From positions 129,582,001-129,646,000 of the forward strand of contig NW_024704742.1 in the NCBI RefSeq assembly GCF_018977255.1: a DNA stretch of 64,000 bases, in the 5' to 3' direction. A program made the translations under genes and the position numbers. The notes beneath the pieces are model-generated. The model saw only the letters and a list, made by a program, of their open reading frames with translations, ran no database searches and had not been told where the DNA came from. Below are positions 63,660-64,000 of this stretch, in pieces. How positions within the stretch are numbered: position 1 is the stretch's first letter; the number at the start of each line of letters is the position of its first letter. This DNA is from Callorhinchus milii (Eukaryota).

Positions 63660-64000
63660 AGTCCCGTAGCGTAGTTGTCAGAGCATTCACCTTGCAAGCA
63701 AGGGGACCCAGATTCAATTCTCGGGCGGAGCAAGTTTCCTTACTGCACAGGTCTCTGTTTACCTAGCAGTAAGTAGGAACACGGTTGTTAGTCAACTGGC
63801 AGATTGCTTTCCAGGGATAATAATACCTCAAAAAAAAATTTGGTCAATCAATCCACGATTGGATGTGGGACACTGCAGTGCGAAATTGGCTGTGTGTTTC
63901 GCCCATGAAATATATAGGTACACAGTCAATCCACTTTACAATATATTTGTGAAGCACTTGGAGACATCTCAACAATGTGATAAGATGCTATATCAAATGC
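63660..64000 (+). mobile_element. tRNA-derived DeuSINE copy (long subfamily), running to the window end
   Basis: Head, middle segment and core recognisable. Confidence 0.82.

Overview
Vertebrate genomic DNA; the repeat landscape (DeuSINE-type tRNA SINEs, L2, CR1, Penelope) suggests a cartilaginous fish, probably a holocephalan (inference). Two complete minus-strand multi-exon genes lie in tandem. GBA2 (non-lysosomal glucosylceramidase) has 17 coding exons, 58590->30512, 846 aa. TAF1C (Pol I SL1 subunit TAFI110) has 14 coding exons, 26735->2846, 1291 aa. I placed the exons by hand and checked every splice phase. Main findings: (1) the TAF1C C-terminus carries an in-frame expansion of about 39 heptads plus 8 pentads (PLPSGSQ-type), forming a large SQ cluster; (2) TAF1C intron 6 is a U12-type GT-AG intron; (3) a ~2 kb 23-bp minisatellite in TAF1C intron 1 carries a 5' splice-site-like motif in each unit, and a ~48-bp CRE-like repeat array lies just upstream of the ATG; (4) a solo LTR with an exact 4-bp TSD, an ERV-like remnant with a tRNA-Arg-like PBS, a Penelope relic with a decayed hammerhead ribozyme and a hAT MITE; (5) near-identical inverted SINE/L2 pairs flank exon blocks; (6) the GBA2 promoter is NRF1-rich and probably bidirectional. 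Most other ORFs in the supplied track are repeat-derived or spurious. Homology calls rest on remembered orthologue sequences, not on database searches.
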